Below are positions 28,203 through 38,261 of a DNA stretch of 64,000 bases, one piece after another. Positions within the stretch are counted from its first letter, which is position 1. Every line of letters starts with the position of its first letter. This DNA is from Candidatus Sericytochromatia bacterium. Its GTDB lineage: Bacteria; Cyanobacteriota; Sericytochromatia; S15B-MN24; UBA4093. The notes under the pieces are model-generated. The model did no database searches. It saw only the letters and a program-made list of their open reading frames with translations, and was not told where the DNA came from. A program made the position numbers and the translations under genes. The stretch lies in contig JAKFBU010000056.1 of assembly GCA_036676985.1 (NCBI GenBank), positions 96,001 to 160,000 on the forward strand. Reading direction: 5' to 3'.

Positions 28203-28982
28203 GTGCGCATCGACTTCGCCTTCAGTCCCCTCGAGCTGGCGGCTTTCGGGGACCTCTCCCACCGCACGGTGGTGGTCATCGACGTCCTGCGGGCGACGAC
28301 CACCATCGCGCAGGCGCTCGCCTCGGGCGCCACGGGGATCTGTCCGGTGTCCGATGCCGACGAGGCCCGAGCACTCGCCAGGGCGCTCCAGGCCGAAGCG
28401 CCCCTGCTCACGGGTGAGGCGCTGGGCCACAAGCTGCCCGGCTTCGACCTGGGCAACTCCCCGCGCGAGATGACGCCCGACGCCGTCTCCGGGCGCCTGC
28501 TCATCATGGCCACCACCAACGGCACCCGCACCCTGGCCCTCGCCAAGGGGGCCAAGCGCGTCGTGACCGCCGCCTTCACCAACCTCGGGGCCGTGGTCGG
28601 CACCTTCCTGCGGGACCCGCAGGACCTGCTGGTGGCCTGCGCCGGTCGCGAGGGGATGGCGGCCCTGGAAGACACCGTCTGCGGCGGCTACCTCATCGAG
28701 CGGATCGAGAACGGGCTCGACCTCGACCTGCAGATGGGCGACGCCGCGCTGCTCGCCCAGGCCGCGAGCGAGCCTTACGATCGCGTGCTCGACATGCTCT
28801 GGCGCTCGGAGCACGGTCGCTTCCTGGTGAAGCAGGGGCTGGAGGCGGATTTGCCCGCCTGTGCCGCCATGGACAGCCTCGCGATCCTGCCCCAGCTCGA
28901 GGCTGGACGCCTCGTCATCGGCGAAGAGCTCGCCGGGTCGAGCCCTTTGACCCTCCGGTGGGGCGGTGTGCCGGGCGAATAG
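28203..28982 (+). CDS. comB: 2-phosphosulfolactate phosphatase family
   Basis: VVVIDVLRATTTI, GFDLGNSP, TTNGT, EDTVCGG. Confidence 0.9.
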   Translation: MRIDFAFSPLELAAFGDLSHRTVVVIDVLRATTTIAQALASGATGICPVSDADEARALARALQAEAPLLTGEALGHKLPGFDLGNSPREMTPDAVSGRLLIMATTNGTRTLALAKGAKRVVTAAFTNLGAVVGTFLRDPQDLLVACAGREGMAALEDTVCGGYLIERIENGLDLDLQMGDAALLAQAASEPYDRVLDMLWRSEHGRFLVKQGLEADLPACAAMDSLAILPQLEAGRLVIGEELAGSSPLTLRWGGVPGE

Positions 28983-29091
28983 CCAACTCCTCTCTGGACA
29001 GCGCGCGCCAAATTGTGCCACCATGGGCCAAATGGCAGCAGCCGGGCATGCCTTAGCCCGGACGAGCAGTAGAGGAGAGGTACCCAGCCCC

Positions 29092-30186
29092 ATGGCCCAT
29101 CGCGTCACGTTGATCCCCGGAGACGGCATCGGTCCCGAAATCACCGCAGCCACGGTCCGCTGTCTGGAGGCCACCGGCGTCCAGTTCGAGTGGGAGCGCT
29201 TCGATGCCGGCGCCGACTACATGGCCCGCACCGGCGACACCACGCCGCTGCCCCAGGCGGTCATCGACTCGATCAAGAAGAACAAGATCGCCCTCAAGGG
29301 CCCCTTGACCACGCCTGTCGGCAAGGGCTTCCGCTCGGTGAACGTGGCCATGCGCCAGGAGCTCGATCTTTACTCGTGCGTGCGGCCCTGCCGAGTCTAC
29401 CCGGCCATCGACACCCGCTTCCCCGAGGTGGACCTCGTGATCGTCCGCGAGAACACCGAGGACCTCTACGCCGGCATCGAGTTCGAGCAGGGCTCCGAGG
29501 GCGTCCGGCGGATCACGGAGACGGTCGCCGAGCTCACGCAGAAGACGCTCTCCGACGACGTGGCCATCTCGCTCAAGCCCATCACCCAGGCGGGCTCGGA
29601 GCGCATCGTCCGCTACGCCTTCGAGTACGCGCGGCGCCACAACCGCAAGAAGGTCACGCTGGTCCACAAGGCCAACATCATGAAGTTCTCGGACGGCCTC
29701 TTCCTCGAGACGGGCCGCCGCGTCGCCCAGGACTACCCGGACATCCAGTTCGAGGACCTGATCGTCGACAACACCTGCATGCAGCTGGTGACCAACCCCA
29801 AGCGCTTCGACGTCCTCGTCACCGAGAACCTGTACGGGGACATCCTCTCGGACCTCTGCGCGGGCCTCATCGGCGGCTTGGGCGTGGCGCCGGGCGCCAA
29901 CGTCGGCACGCTCGCCACGGTCTACGAGCCGACCCACGGCTCGGCGCCGGACGTCGCGGGCAAGAATGTGGCCAACCCGCTGGCGCAGCTCTTGAGCGCC
30001 ATCATGATGCTGCGGGACCTGGGCGAGACGACGGCCGCCGACCGCCTCGAGAAGGCCATCGTCGCGTGCCTCGAGGAGCACAAGGTCACAGCCGACATCA
30101 TGCACAGCAACACCAAGGCGCTTTCGACCAGCGAGTTCGCCGACGCCATCATCGAGAAGCTCCACAAGGCCCCCGTCAACGCCTAG
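29092..30186 (+). CDS. Isocitrate/isopropylmalate dehydrogenase family (NAD-IDH-like)
   Basis: [55 protein letters not shown]. Confidence 0.92.
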   Translation: MAHRVTLIPGDGIGPEITAATVRCLEATGVQFEWERFDAGADYMARTGDTTPLPQAVIDSIKKNKIALKGPLTTPVGKGFRSVNVAMRQELDLYSCVRPCRVYPAIDTRFPEVDLVIVRENTEDLYAGIEFEQGSEGVRRITETVAELTQKTLSDDVAISLKPITQAGSERIVRYAFEYARRHNRKKVTLVHKANIMKFSDGLFLETGRRVAQDYPDIQFEDLIVDNTCMQLVTNPKRFDVLVTENLYGDILSDLCAGLIGGLGVAPGANVGTLATVYEPTHGSAPDVAGKNVANPLAQLLSAIMMLRDLGETTAADRLEKAIVACLEEHKVTADIMHSNTKALSTSEFADAIIEKLHKAPVNA

Positions 30187-30196
30187 GACCTCGTTC

Positions 30197-30230
30197 GAAA
30201 ACGGCCTCCGGAGGTTCCGGAGGCCGTTTT
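30197..30230. terminator. Bidirectional terminator
   Basis: AAAACGGCCTCCGG-aggtt-CCGGAGGCCGTTTT between convergent genes. Confidence 0.75.
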
Positions 30231-30231
30231 G

Positions 30232-30909
30232 TCATGGCTGACCCGCCTTGCGCAGGACGTTGGAGGCGAGGTGCGCCTGTCGGGTCGGCTCGGGCAGCCG
30301 GTAGCCCCGGGCGCATTCGAGGACCCAGCGGACCGCCGTCTCGTTCGAGACCCGGTGCCCGCACGAGACGAAGACGGGATTCACTCGGTCCTTGGTCCGC
30401 ACGGCGTAGCCGACGGTCTCGCCGTGGTGGACGAGCGGCGCCATGCTGCCTTTGGGCTCCGCGAGCGGATCGTGCGTCCCCACGAGGATGGACTTGCCGC
30501 AGCCGATGGTCGGCTTGTCCAGGACGAGCCCCAGGTGGGAGGCGATGCCAATGCGCCGGGGATGCGCCCGGCCATGGCCGTCCACCACGAGCAAATCCGG
30601 CTGGGTCTGGAGCTTCTCGTAGGCGGCAAGCACCAGGGGCACCTCCCGAAAGGAGAGGAGGCCCGGGATGTAGGGCATCGAGAGCGGCAGGCGCGCGCCG
30701 GCCACCTCGAGGATCGCCATGTCCGGCACCGACAGCACGACGATGGCCGCGAAGCCCTCGTCGGCGAAGCGCTGCATGGAGACGTCCACTCCGGCGATCG
30801 TGCGCACGGGACCCAGGTCGTCCTCGCAGTGCACGCGCAGGGCGAGGTCGCGCTGGAGGGCGATCGCCTCGGTGGGACTCAGGTTCCAGGGATGGACGAC
30901 GGCCGACAT
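30232..30909 (-). CDS. nfi: Endonuclease V (deoxyinosine 3'-endonuclease)
   Basis: AGVDVS, PYIPGLLSFRE, VDGHGRAHPRRIGIASH, YRLPEPTRQAH. Confidence 0.95.
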   Translation of the reverse strand: MSAVVHPWNLSPTEAIALQRDLALRVHCEDDLGPVRTIAGVDVSMQRFADEGFAAIVVLSVPDMAILEVAGARLPLSMPYIPGLLSFREVPLVLAAYEKLQTQPDLLVVDGHGRAHPRRIGIASHLGLVLDKPTIGCGKSILVGTHDPLAEPKGSMAPLVHHGETVGYAVRTKDRVNPVFVSCGHRVSNETAVRWVLECARGYRLPEPTRQAHLASNVLRKAGQP

Positions 30910-30960
30910 GGCCCCACCCTAGCACGGGACGGGCGGCCTCCCTAGTTGGAAGCGGGGGTA

Positions 30961-30992
30961 AAAGGAAGGCGCCGGTCGAATGACCGGCGCCT
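30961..30992 (-). terminator. Intrinsic terminator of the Tim44-domain gene
   Basis: AGGCGCCGGTC-gaat-GACCGGCGCCT with a T-rich tail on the minus strand. Confidence 0.65.
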
Positions 30993-30998
30993 CGGGCG

Positions 30999-31997
30999 TT
31001 AGACCTGGTTGATGGCCGACAGCTTCCAGGTCGGCTCGCCGCGATCGCGGGCGAAGGTCCAGACCTCGCGGAACTCGCTCGGTTCGGTGGCCGAGCCCTC
31101 GACGATCTGGCCGTTCTTCTCGACGTAGTCGAGGAGGCGGGCGTAGATCTTGACCGTGATGTACTCGCGGGTGCCCTCGGTCCAGGCCTCCGAGAGGTCG
31201 AAGTCACGCATGACGATGTTCTTGATCACGTTGCGCTCACCCTGGGCGGCCATGCCGTCGAGATCCTCGGCGAAGTAGTCGTAGATCTCGTCGGTCGTCA
31301 GCTGCTTGAGGGTCGCGCGGTCGTTGCCGGACCAGGCCTCCTGGATCCGGAAGAAAATCCCGGAGAGCTCGTCTTCGGTCTTCTGGGTCGTGAAGCCGGG
31401 GTTGTTGAGGGCCATGGCCGCGAGCCCCTGCTCCTTGGTCTGCCGGTAGCCGCCGATGTCCGTGACGGTCGGAGCGGTCGAGGCCCCGAACATGCTCGGC
31501 GCGCCGGGCTTGGGCATGTCGGTATGGCTGAGGCCGCTACCGCCCATGGGGCTCGAGGCGGCATAGCCCGGCTGCTGCTTGTTGCGCAGCATGCGGAAGG
31601 CCATGAAGCCCAGGAAGCCGAGCAAGAGCAGCATCAGCAGGCCGCCGAATCCTCCGCCCAGGCCGCCGAACATGTTTCCGAGCATCGAGAAGAGGGCCAT
31701 GCCGCCCAGGGCGCCGAGCAAGCCCGCCATGAACGGGTTGCGCTGGAACCAGGACTGCTTGTTCTGCATGGCCGGGTTGGCCTTGGCCGGGTTGTTCCAG
31801 GGGCTCGTCACGGGCTGACGGGACTTCTGGATGGCCTGGAAGCCATTGGTCTCGGAAGTCCGCGAGCCGCGGGCGCCGAACGACGAGTACCCGCCGCTGC
31901 GCGAGCGGCCGGCGCGCGCATCGGCGCTCTCCGCGACGACTCCGCCGAGGAAGATGCCGAGGGCGGCAATGGCAAGGAATTTACGGGCGTTCAACAT
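30999..31997 (-). CDS. Tim44-domain membrane protein
   Basis: Signal peptide, 'ARAGR..S.G.RGSRT', Gly-rich TM segments, and C-terminal 'F..IQEAW...L..LTT...FREVWTF...WKLSAINQ'; RBS AGGAG. Confidence 0.88.
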   Translation of the reverse strand: MLNARKFLAIAALGIFLGGVVAESADARAGRSRSGGYSSFGARGSRTSETNGFQAIQKSRQPVTSPWNNPAKANPAMQNKQSWFQRNPFMAGLLGALGGMALFSMLGNMFGGLGGGFGGLLMLLLLGFLGFMAFRMLRNKQQPGYAASSPMGGSGLSHTDMPKPGAPSMFGASTAPTVTDIGGYRQTKEQGLAAMALNNPGFTTQKTEDELSGIFFRIQEAWSGNDRATLKQLTTDEIYDYFAEDLDGMAAQGERNVIKNIVMRDFDLSEAWTEGTREYITVKIYARLLDYVEKNGQIVEGSATEPSEFREVWTFARDRGEPTWKLSAINQV

Positions 31998-32065
31998 CTG
32001 TCTCCTCCTAATAGCCGTCGCGTTGGACGGACTCCCGCCGCTCATCCGGTCGAGGCCCCAAACGC

Positions 32066-32214
32066 AAAAAAGGAGCAACGACCCGAATGAGCAGCGAACT
32101 GCTCACTCCGTAGGTCTTGCTCCCGAGTTCTTCAACTCGTCGCGGCACCGAACCCCAGCGGGGTTGTATTGACGATGACGCGGCTGCGAGGTTGCAGCGG
32201 CTACTCCCCTAAGT
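32066..32214 (-). ncRNA. yybP-ykoY (Mn2+-sensing) riboswitch with terminator expression platform
   Basis: Minus strand reads TAGGGGAGTAGC...CATCGTCAATAC...GGAGCAAGACCTA, followed by the competing GGGTCGTTGCTCC-TTTTTT terminator. Confidence 0.85.
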
Positions 32215-32284
32215 TATGAGGCCCTCATCTTAACACCTCGCGGTCATTTGTCAAGTGGGGGACCCTCAGGGCCCTCGCTCTTGC

Positions 32285-32488
32285 CTAGGTCTCAGCCTGC
32301 GGCAGGATGAACCACATGATGACGTAGAGCACCCACATGGGGCCGGGCAGCAGGCTCAAGACAAGCCAGATGACGCGCGCGGCGAGGGGCGAGAGGCCGA
32401 AGCGCGCGGCGAGCCCGCCGCAGACCCCGGCGAGGATGCGGTGGTTGGTGGATCGGACTAGACGAGTCTTGGGGCGAGCGGGCTGCAT
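32285..32488 (-). CDS. PspC-domain protein
   Basis: LVRSTNHRILAGVCGGLA...LYVIMWFILP. Confidence 0.85.
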   Translation of the reverse strand: MQPARPKTRLVRSTNHRILAGVCGGLAARFGLSPLAARVIWLVLSLLPGPMWVLYVIMWFILPQAET

Positions 32489-32602
32489 GGCGGTTTCCTC
32501 CTCTGGGGCGCGGGTTTCCGACCCGGCGATGAATAGGGGTGGATGGTATAATACCTGGGATTTTGGCCGCATGGCCACGACTTTCCTGCCAAAGGAGCCC
32601 GA

Positions 32603-34021
32603 ATGGAACCCACCCTCACCGCGGGCCAGCTGAGCCCGCTCCTCGACCGTCGCCTGGCGGCGGACGTGATCGACATGGCCCTCTCCAACGGTGCCGACTT
32701 CGCCGAGATCTTCGTCGAAGAGAAGGCGACCAGCCGCCTCTCCTTCCTCGACTCCAAGGTCAAGGACGCCGCCTCGGGCCAGGTGCTCGGCGCGGGCATC
32801 CGCGTCTTCTACGGCACCCGTGCGGTCTACGCCCACACCAACGACCTCTCGCGCGACAACCTGCTCGCGACGGCCAAGGCCGTGAGCCTGGCCCAGACGG
32901 GGCCGACCATCCTCAGGGGCCGCGAGCTCGCCGACGGCCCACGCGGCCTGGTGCACCCCTTCCTGCGCGACCCGCGCTCGATCATGGCGGACCACAAGCT
33001 CGCCCTGCTCGAGCGGGCGGACCGCGCGGCGCGGGGCTACGCCTCCGAGATCGCCCAGGTGGACGTCGCCATCAACGAGCAGGTCCAACGGGTGCTGGTC
33101 GCCAACTCCGAGGGGCTCTGGGCCACTGACTTGCGCCCCTACGTGCGCGTCTTCGTGCAGGCCATCGCCTCCGACGGCAGCGAGTTCCAGACCGGCAGCG
33201 AGTCGCCTGGCGCCATGCGTGGCTGGGAGTGGGTCGAAGGGCTCGATATCGAAGCCCTGGCGCGCTCGGCCTCCGAGCAGGCCATGACCATGCTCAAGGC
33301 GGGCTACGCCCCTTCGGGCAAGATGCCCGTCATCATCGACAAGGGCTTCGGCGGCGTCATCCTGCACGAGGCATGCGGCCACCTGCTGGAGACCACCTCG
33401 GTCGCCACGGGCGCCTCCATCCTCGCCGGCAAGCTGGACCAGGTGATCGCCCACCCCGCGGTCACGGTCGTCGACGACGGCACCATCGAGGGCGAGTGGG
33501 GCTCCATCAGCATCGACGACGAGGGCATGCCCGCCGAGAAGACCACCCTCATCGCGGACGGCAAGCTCGTGAGCTACATCGTCGACAAGCTCGGCGGCAA
33601 GAAGACCGGCTATCGCCCGACGGGCTCCGGCCGGCGCGAGAGCTACCGGTTCGCGCCCACCAGCCGCATGCGCAACACCTACTTTGCCCCGGGCAGCCAC
33701 AGCCTCGAGGAGCTCATCGCCACGGTCCCCAACGGCCTCTATGCCAAGCGCATGGGCGGCGGCTCCGTGAGCCCGGGCACCGGCGACTTCAACTTCTCGG
33801 TGCGCGAGGCCTACCTCATCCGCGACGGCAAGATCTGCGAGCCGGTGCGCGGCGCGACCCTCATCGGCAACGGCGCGGACGTCCTCACCCGGATCGACAT
33901 GGTGGGACACGACCTGGCCCTGGCAGCGGGCATGTGCGGCTCCTCGAGCGGCTCGATCCCCGTCAACGTCGGTCAGCCCCCGATCCGCGTCTCCGAGATC
34001 GTGGTCGGCGGAAGGAGCTAG
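32603..34021 (+). CDS. tldD: TldD metalloprotease
   Basis: LHEACGHLLE, DDEG, RMRNTY and GMCG...IPVNVGQP. Confidence 0.93.
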   Translation: MEPTLTAGQLSPLLDRRLAADVIDMALSNGADFAEIFVEEKATSRLSFLDSKVKDAASGQVLGAGIRVFYGTRAVYAHTNDLSRDNLLATAKAVSLAQTGPTILRGRELADGPRGLVHPFLRDPRSIMADHKLALLERADRAARGYASEIAQVDVAINEQVQRVLVANSEGLWATDLRPYVRVFVQAIASDGSEFQTGSESPGAMRGWEWVEGLDIEALARSASEQAMTMLKAGYAPSGKMPVIIDKGFGGVILHEACGHLLETTSVATGASILAGKLDQVIAHPAVTVVDDGTIEGEWGSISIDDEGMPAEKTTLIADGKLVSYIVDKLGGKKTGYRPTGSGRRESYRFAPTSRMRNTYFAPGSHSLEELIATVPNGLYAKRMGGGSVSPGTGDFNFSVREAYLIRDGKICEPVRGATLIGNGADVLTRIDMVGHDLALAAGMCGSSSGSIPVNVGQPPIRVSEIVVGGRS

Positions 34022-34023
34022 AG

Positions 34024-35364
34024 ATGACCCCCAACACCCCCGAACTGCAACAGGTCCTGGAGCGGGCCACGGCCGCTGGCTACGACGCCGAGATCTACCT
34101 GCGCTCCGGAACGGCCACCACCATCAAGGTGCAGGACGGCGACGTCGACCAGTTCACGCTCGCCGACTCCCGCGGGGCGGGCCTGCGCGTCATCCGTGAC
34201 GGCCGGGCCGGCTACGCCTACACCGAAGACCTCTCGGTGGAGGCCCTGACCCGTACGCTGGAGGCCGCGGCCACCAACGCCATCCTGTTGCCCGAGGGCG
34301 ACACGGCGGCGCTTTCGACCTTCGAGGGCGACGCGCCCGAGCTCGGCCTCTACCGGCCGGAGCTTGCGGACGTGCCCGTGCCCGAGAAGATCCGCAAGGC
34401 CAAGGAGATCGAGCGCATCGCCAAGGCGGCGGATCCCCGCATCAAGAACGTGACGGGGTCGGCCTACTCGGACTCGCACGGCATGGTGCGCCTCATGAGC
34501 ACCCGGGGGGTGGATCGAACCTTCCGGAGCAGCCTGGCCTGGACCTCGACGGTGCCCCTCCTGCTTGCGGGCGACCAGCACAAGAACTACTACCAGGTGA
34601 AGGCGGCCCGGGCGTTCGACGAGCTCGACCCCGAGCGGATCGCGCGCGAGGCCGTGGAGCGTGCCGCCGAGAAGCTCGGGGCCCGCGAGCCCCAGTCCGG
34701 CAGCTACCCCGTGCTGTTCACGCCCGAGGCCATGGCGGACCTGTTGGGTGTCTTTGCCGGCATCTTCTCCGGCAAGGTCGCCCAGGAAGGCAAGAGCCTG
34801 CTCAAGGACCGCATCGGCGAGACGATCGCCTCGTCGGCCGTCACCTTGCTCGACGACCCGCTCAACATCGCGGGCTTCGGCGCTAGGCCCTTCGACGACG
34901 AGGGCTGTCCCGCCCGGTCGCTCGAGCTGATCGCGGACGGGGTCTTCCAGGGCTTCCTGCACAACTCCGAGACCGCCCGCAAGGCGGGAACCCGCTCGAC
35001 GGGCAACGCGGCGCGCGGCGGCTACAGCGGGACGCTCGGCGTGGCCCCGTTCAACCTCTACCTCGCGCCGGGCGCCCGCACGCCCGAGGCCATCCTCAAG
35101 GGCTACGCCCGGGTGGCCATCGTCACCGAGGTCACGGGCCTGCACGCGGGGGCGAACGCCATCTCGGGCGACTTCTCGCTCCAGGCCCAGGGCTTCATGG
35201 CCGAGGGCGGAGATCGGCGGCCCATCCACAACTTCACGGTGTCGGGCAACTTCTACGACCTGCTCAAGTCGGTCACAGAAGTTGCCAGCGACCTGGAGTG
35301 GTTCACTTCCAGCGTCGGCTCCCCGTCGGTGCTGGTCGAGGAGCTTGCCATCGCAGGCGCCTAG
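34024..35364 (+). CDS. pmbA: PmbA/TldE family protein
   Basis: Directly after tldD; PFDDEG, STGNA, SGDFS, SGNF; lacks HExxxH. Confidence 0.9.
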   Translation: MTPNTPELQQVLERATAAGYDAEIYLRSGTATTIKVQDGDVDQFTLADSRGAGLRVIRDGRAGYAYTEDLSVEALTRTLEAAATNAILLPEGDTAALSTFEGDAPELGLYRPELADVPVPEKIRKAKEIERIAKAADPRIKNVTGSAYSDSHGMVRLMSTRGVDRTFRSSLAWTSTVPLLLAGDQHKNYYQVKAARAFDELDPERIAREAVERAAEKLGAREPQSGSYPVLFTPEAMADLLGVFAGIFSGKVAQEGKSLLKDRIGETIASSAVTLLDDPLNIAGFGARPFDDEGCPARSLELIADGVFQGFLHNSETARKAGTRSTGNAARGGYSGTLGVAPFNLYLAPGARTPEAILKGYARVAIVTEVTGLHAGANAISGDFSLQAQGFMAEGGDRRPIHNFTVSGNFYDLLKSVTEVASDLEWFTSSVGSPSVLVEELAIAGA

Positions 35365-35377
35365 GCCTTGAACCCTG

Positions 35378-35415
35378 GACCGCCCCGCCGAGTTTCGGCG
35401 GGGCGGTCGCCTTTC
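35378..35415 (+). terminator. Intrinsic terminator
   Basis: GACCGCCCCGCCGA-gtt-TCGGCGGGGCGGTC followed by CCTTT. Confidence 0.65.
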
Positions 35416-35477
35416 TAAGAAACTTCTAAGGCTCTTTTGGCGATAACCCCCTTGCCGCTCAGACGAAAGGGAGCCCC

Positions 35478-36413
35478 ATGCGCCGGATCGATTCCGCTTC
35501 CCAGCCCATCCCCCCGCAGCGCCCGGCCGGCAAGTCGCCGGATCCAGGGCCCAGCGAGGTGACCGCGACCGTCGCAGCCGCCGGCGATAAACTTCAGCTC
35601 AGCCCCGTCCCACACCTCGACGGCCGCTTCAAGGCCTCGGACGGCCAGTCCATCGCCTACCGGCAGACAGTTCCCGCAGGCGAGCCCAAGGCCATCGTCG
35701 TCATGCAGCAGGGCACCCTCGGCCAGCCTCAGGACTTCGATCTCATGGGCGAGGCCCTCGCCGCCTCCGGCATCCATTCCTACGCCCTGGGGGCGCGCTC
35801 CGAGGCCGAGGATTACCGGCAGCACGCGGCGGACCTCGAGCAGCTGGTGGCGATCGCCCGCCAGGAGCACCCCGGCGTGCCCGTCACGGTCATGGGCGTG
35901 AGCCTGGGCGCCATGATCGCCCTGGACTGGAGCGCCCGGCACAACGACGAGCACCTGCCGGTGGTCGCCATGGCCCCGGTGGTCGCCAACCGCTTCCTCG
36001 GCCTCAAGGACACGGCGCGCATCGCCGCGGGCCTCGTGAGCGACAAGGCCGCCGATGCCCGGGTGAACACCCCCATGAGCGCGGGCGTCCCCCTGACCAC
36101 CAACCCCCGCTCGCAGGCCGCCCACCTGGAGCACCCCGAGCGCATGACCGTCCCGGCGCGCCTCTTCGGCGACGTCCTCAAGATGAGCGGCGAGGTGGCC
36201 CTCAAGGGTCGCCACATGACGGGCCCCCTCTTCGTCGCCCTGGCCGGTGACGACCAGGTGGCCGTCAACGGCGCGACTCACGCCTTCGTGCGGGGGATCC
36301 GGAGCCCGGAGCGCCAGGTCAGGACCTTTGCCAACACGGCGCACGACCTCAGCCAGGAGACTCATCGCCCGGAGCTGGTGGCCGCCCTCCGGGATTGGAT
36401 CCTCGCCCCCTAG
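35478..36413 (+). CDS. Alpha/beta hydrolase (lysophospholipase-like) with disordered N-terminal extension
   Basis: GVSLG nucleophile elbow; AGDDQV Asp; AHDL His; about 45-aa Pro/Ala-rich leader. Confidence 0.85.
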   Translation: MRRIDSASQPIPPQRPAGKSPDPGPSEVTATVAAAGDKLQLSPVPHLDGRFKASDGQSIAYRQTVPAGEPKAIVVMQQGTLGQPQDFDLMGEALAASGIHSYALGARSEAEDYRQHAADLEQLVAIARQEHPGVPVTVMGVSLGAMIALDWSARHNDEHLPVVAMAPVVANRFLGLKDTARIAAGLVSDKAADARVNTPMSAGVPLTTNPRSQAAHLEHPERMTVPARLFGDVLKMSGEVALKGRHMTGPLFVALAGDDQVAVNGATHAFVRGIRSPERQVRTFANTAHDLSQETHRPELVAALRDWILAP

Positions 36414-36592
36414 CGCATGGGCAGCGGCTGGCCCGCAAACGGCCCCTCCGCGGGCAGGCGGTACTCGTAGGTCGCCTCGTGAACCGGAGCCTCCAGCCGT
36501 TCGGACAGGGCGGGAAGTCGCGCCACGATGCCCAGCATGAAGGCCACCACGACGCAAAAGAGGGCTGAAAGCGCCTTGTGAGGCGTCGACAT
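36410..36592 (-). CDS. Small membrane hypothetical protein
   Basis: One TM-like segment; GGAGGT upstream. Confidence 0.5.
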   Translation of the reverse strand: MSTPHKALSALFCVVVAFMLGIVARLPALSERLEAPVHEATYEYRLPAEGPFAGQPLPMR

Positions 36593-36760
36593 CGGTTCCA
36601 CCTCCCACTCTGAAGCGATGGTTCACAAAAGTTTACATATCATAAACCCCTTGCCACGTCCGATCAACGCTTTGTCGGGTGCTGCCTTTACAGCATCTCG
36701 CTTCCGGGGTAGGATACGACCAGCGCCGAGCCTGGCTTTCAGCCCCCACAGGAGGGTCCC

Positions 36761-37090
36761 GTGAGCAATCAGCAACCGAATGCGGGCACCGCTCCGCTGC
36801 CGTCGTTCCAGCAGGTCGCCAACTTCCTGGGCATCCTGCAGAGCAGCCTGGGTGCCTACGTGCAATGCGAGGCGCGCTTCGACGACAACGGCAAGGCCCA
36901 GGCCTCGGCCCGCGTCATGGGAGCCTACCGCAAGATCCTTGCGAGCTACGAGACGCTGCCCCCCGAGTCGCAGGCCGAGATGGTGGAGCCGTTGACGTCG
37001 CTCCACGAGACCATCGTCGCCCTGGGCATCCCCCTCGGACCGCTGCGCCTCCGCGAGCCGGACTTCTCGGCCCCTCCCTCCGAGGCCTAA
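36761..37090 (+). CDS. Hypothetical protein
   Basis: AGGAGG RBS; GC3 bias; followed by a strong hairpin at 37106-37142. Confidence 0.7.
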   Translation: MSNQQPNAGTAPLPSFQQVANFLGILQSSLGAYVQCEARFDDNGKAQASARVMGAYRKILASYETLPPESQAEMVEPLTSLHETIVALGIPLGPLRLREPDFSAPPSEA

Positions 37091-37275
37091 CGACCACCCG
37101 CTTCCAAGGCCGGCCGAGGCCCTGTGGGCCTCGGCCGGCCTTGGCCATGGAGCCTCGGTTCCTTCTCCACTAGCAGGCAAGCGAAAGCACCCGCATGGTT
37201 TTTCGCCGGGTTTCACGTTACCCCCGCTCGGACGTCCCTCTAGACTCCGGTTGGATGCTCAGAGAGGAGGAAACG

Positions 37276-38253
37276 ATGAAACCTCACGTCCTGGTTGCGA
37301 TTGGCCTGCTCTCGGCAGGCTGCTCGCTAGGCCCCCCGGCCGCAGAGCCGGCCCCGCCTCCCGCGGCGCCCGACCCCATTCTTCCGGGTCCCCGGCTGCC
37401 GCAGGACAACGAACCCCTCTACACCGAGCAGAAGCTCGACTTCACCATCATCGCGGGCCCGGAATCGATGGCGCCGGGCAAGACCGAGCCCCTCACGGCC
37501 CGCGTCATGGCACCGCCCGGCAGCCAGGTGGTCGGAGTACAGGCCACGCAAGGCAAGGACGCCTTCTCCTATGCCCTCAAGCTCACCATGCGCGTGCCCG
37601 TGGGGGCGGGTGACCCGCGGCCGCTCGAGGTGCAGATTCCCTTCAGCCCAGCAGCCGGCGGCACCTACTTCCTGGACAGCGCCCGGCGCTATTCCGTGCA
37701 GGTCACAGGCACCCCCACCTATCCCGCCAGCGGCGGGTACACCACTTCGTCCGGCACCGGCACCACGCCAAGCTTCCTCGATGCCCAGGCGTACACGGGC
37801 GGCGCCTACACTCCGGGTGGCGGCACGACGGGCGGAGGTACCACGGGCGGCGGAGTCACGACGCCGGCGAGCGCGGACTCAAGTAGCAAGCCTCTCTTCG
37901 GATCGGTCGTCGTGCTCGAGACCCTGACGGCCGGCGCCATCCAGGGCAACGCGCAGGTCAGCGAGCGCCACCTCTTGGAGTTGAAAGGCCCCACCTACGG
38001 CCGGCGCGGTGAGCGACTGACCTACACCGCGACCCTCTGGACCGCCGGCACCGGACCGATGCGGGCGGACGTCATCCAGAACGGGTTCGAAGTCCAGGTC
38101 TCGGCCCTCATGGCCCCCGCCGAGCGGGAGCCCATCGGCGCCCCCATGCCGCGCCAGGCGGCGCTCCAGTTCAACTGGGTGTTCCAGGACCCGGGCACGT
38201 ACCGGATCACCAGCAACAACGGCGTCACCCTGACGACGGTTCAGATCTACTAG
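37276..38253 (+). CDS. Lipoprotein with two similar beta-rich domains and a Gly/Thr linker
   Basis: Lipobox SAGC; GGGTTGGGTTGGG linker; duplicated 'GP....G...LTA' and 'GTY' segments. Confidence 0.75.
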   Translation: MKPHVLVAIGLLSAGCSLGPPAAEPAPPPAAPDPILPGPRLPQDNEPLYTEQKLDFTIIAGPESMAPGKTEPLTARVMAPPGSQVVGVQATQGKDAFSYALKLTMRVPVGAGDPRPLEVQIPFSPAAGGTYFLDSARRYSVQVTGTPTYPASGGYTTSSGTGTTPSFLDAQAYTGGAYTPGGGTTGGGTTGGGVTTPASADSSSKPLFGSVVVLETLTAGAIQGNAQVSERHLLELKGPTYGRRGERLTYTATLWTAGTGPMRADVIQNGFEVQVSALMAPAEREPIGAPMPRQAALQFNWVFQDPGTYRITSNNGVTLTTVQIY

Positions 38254-38261
38254 GAGGCCCC

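Noticed and set aside
32603-35364. TldD/PmbA as part of a RiPP cluster
   Set aside because: No YcaO or other modifying enzymes and no precursor peptide nearby; this is an ordinary housekeeping pair.
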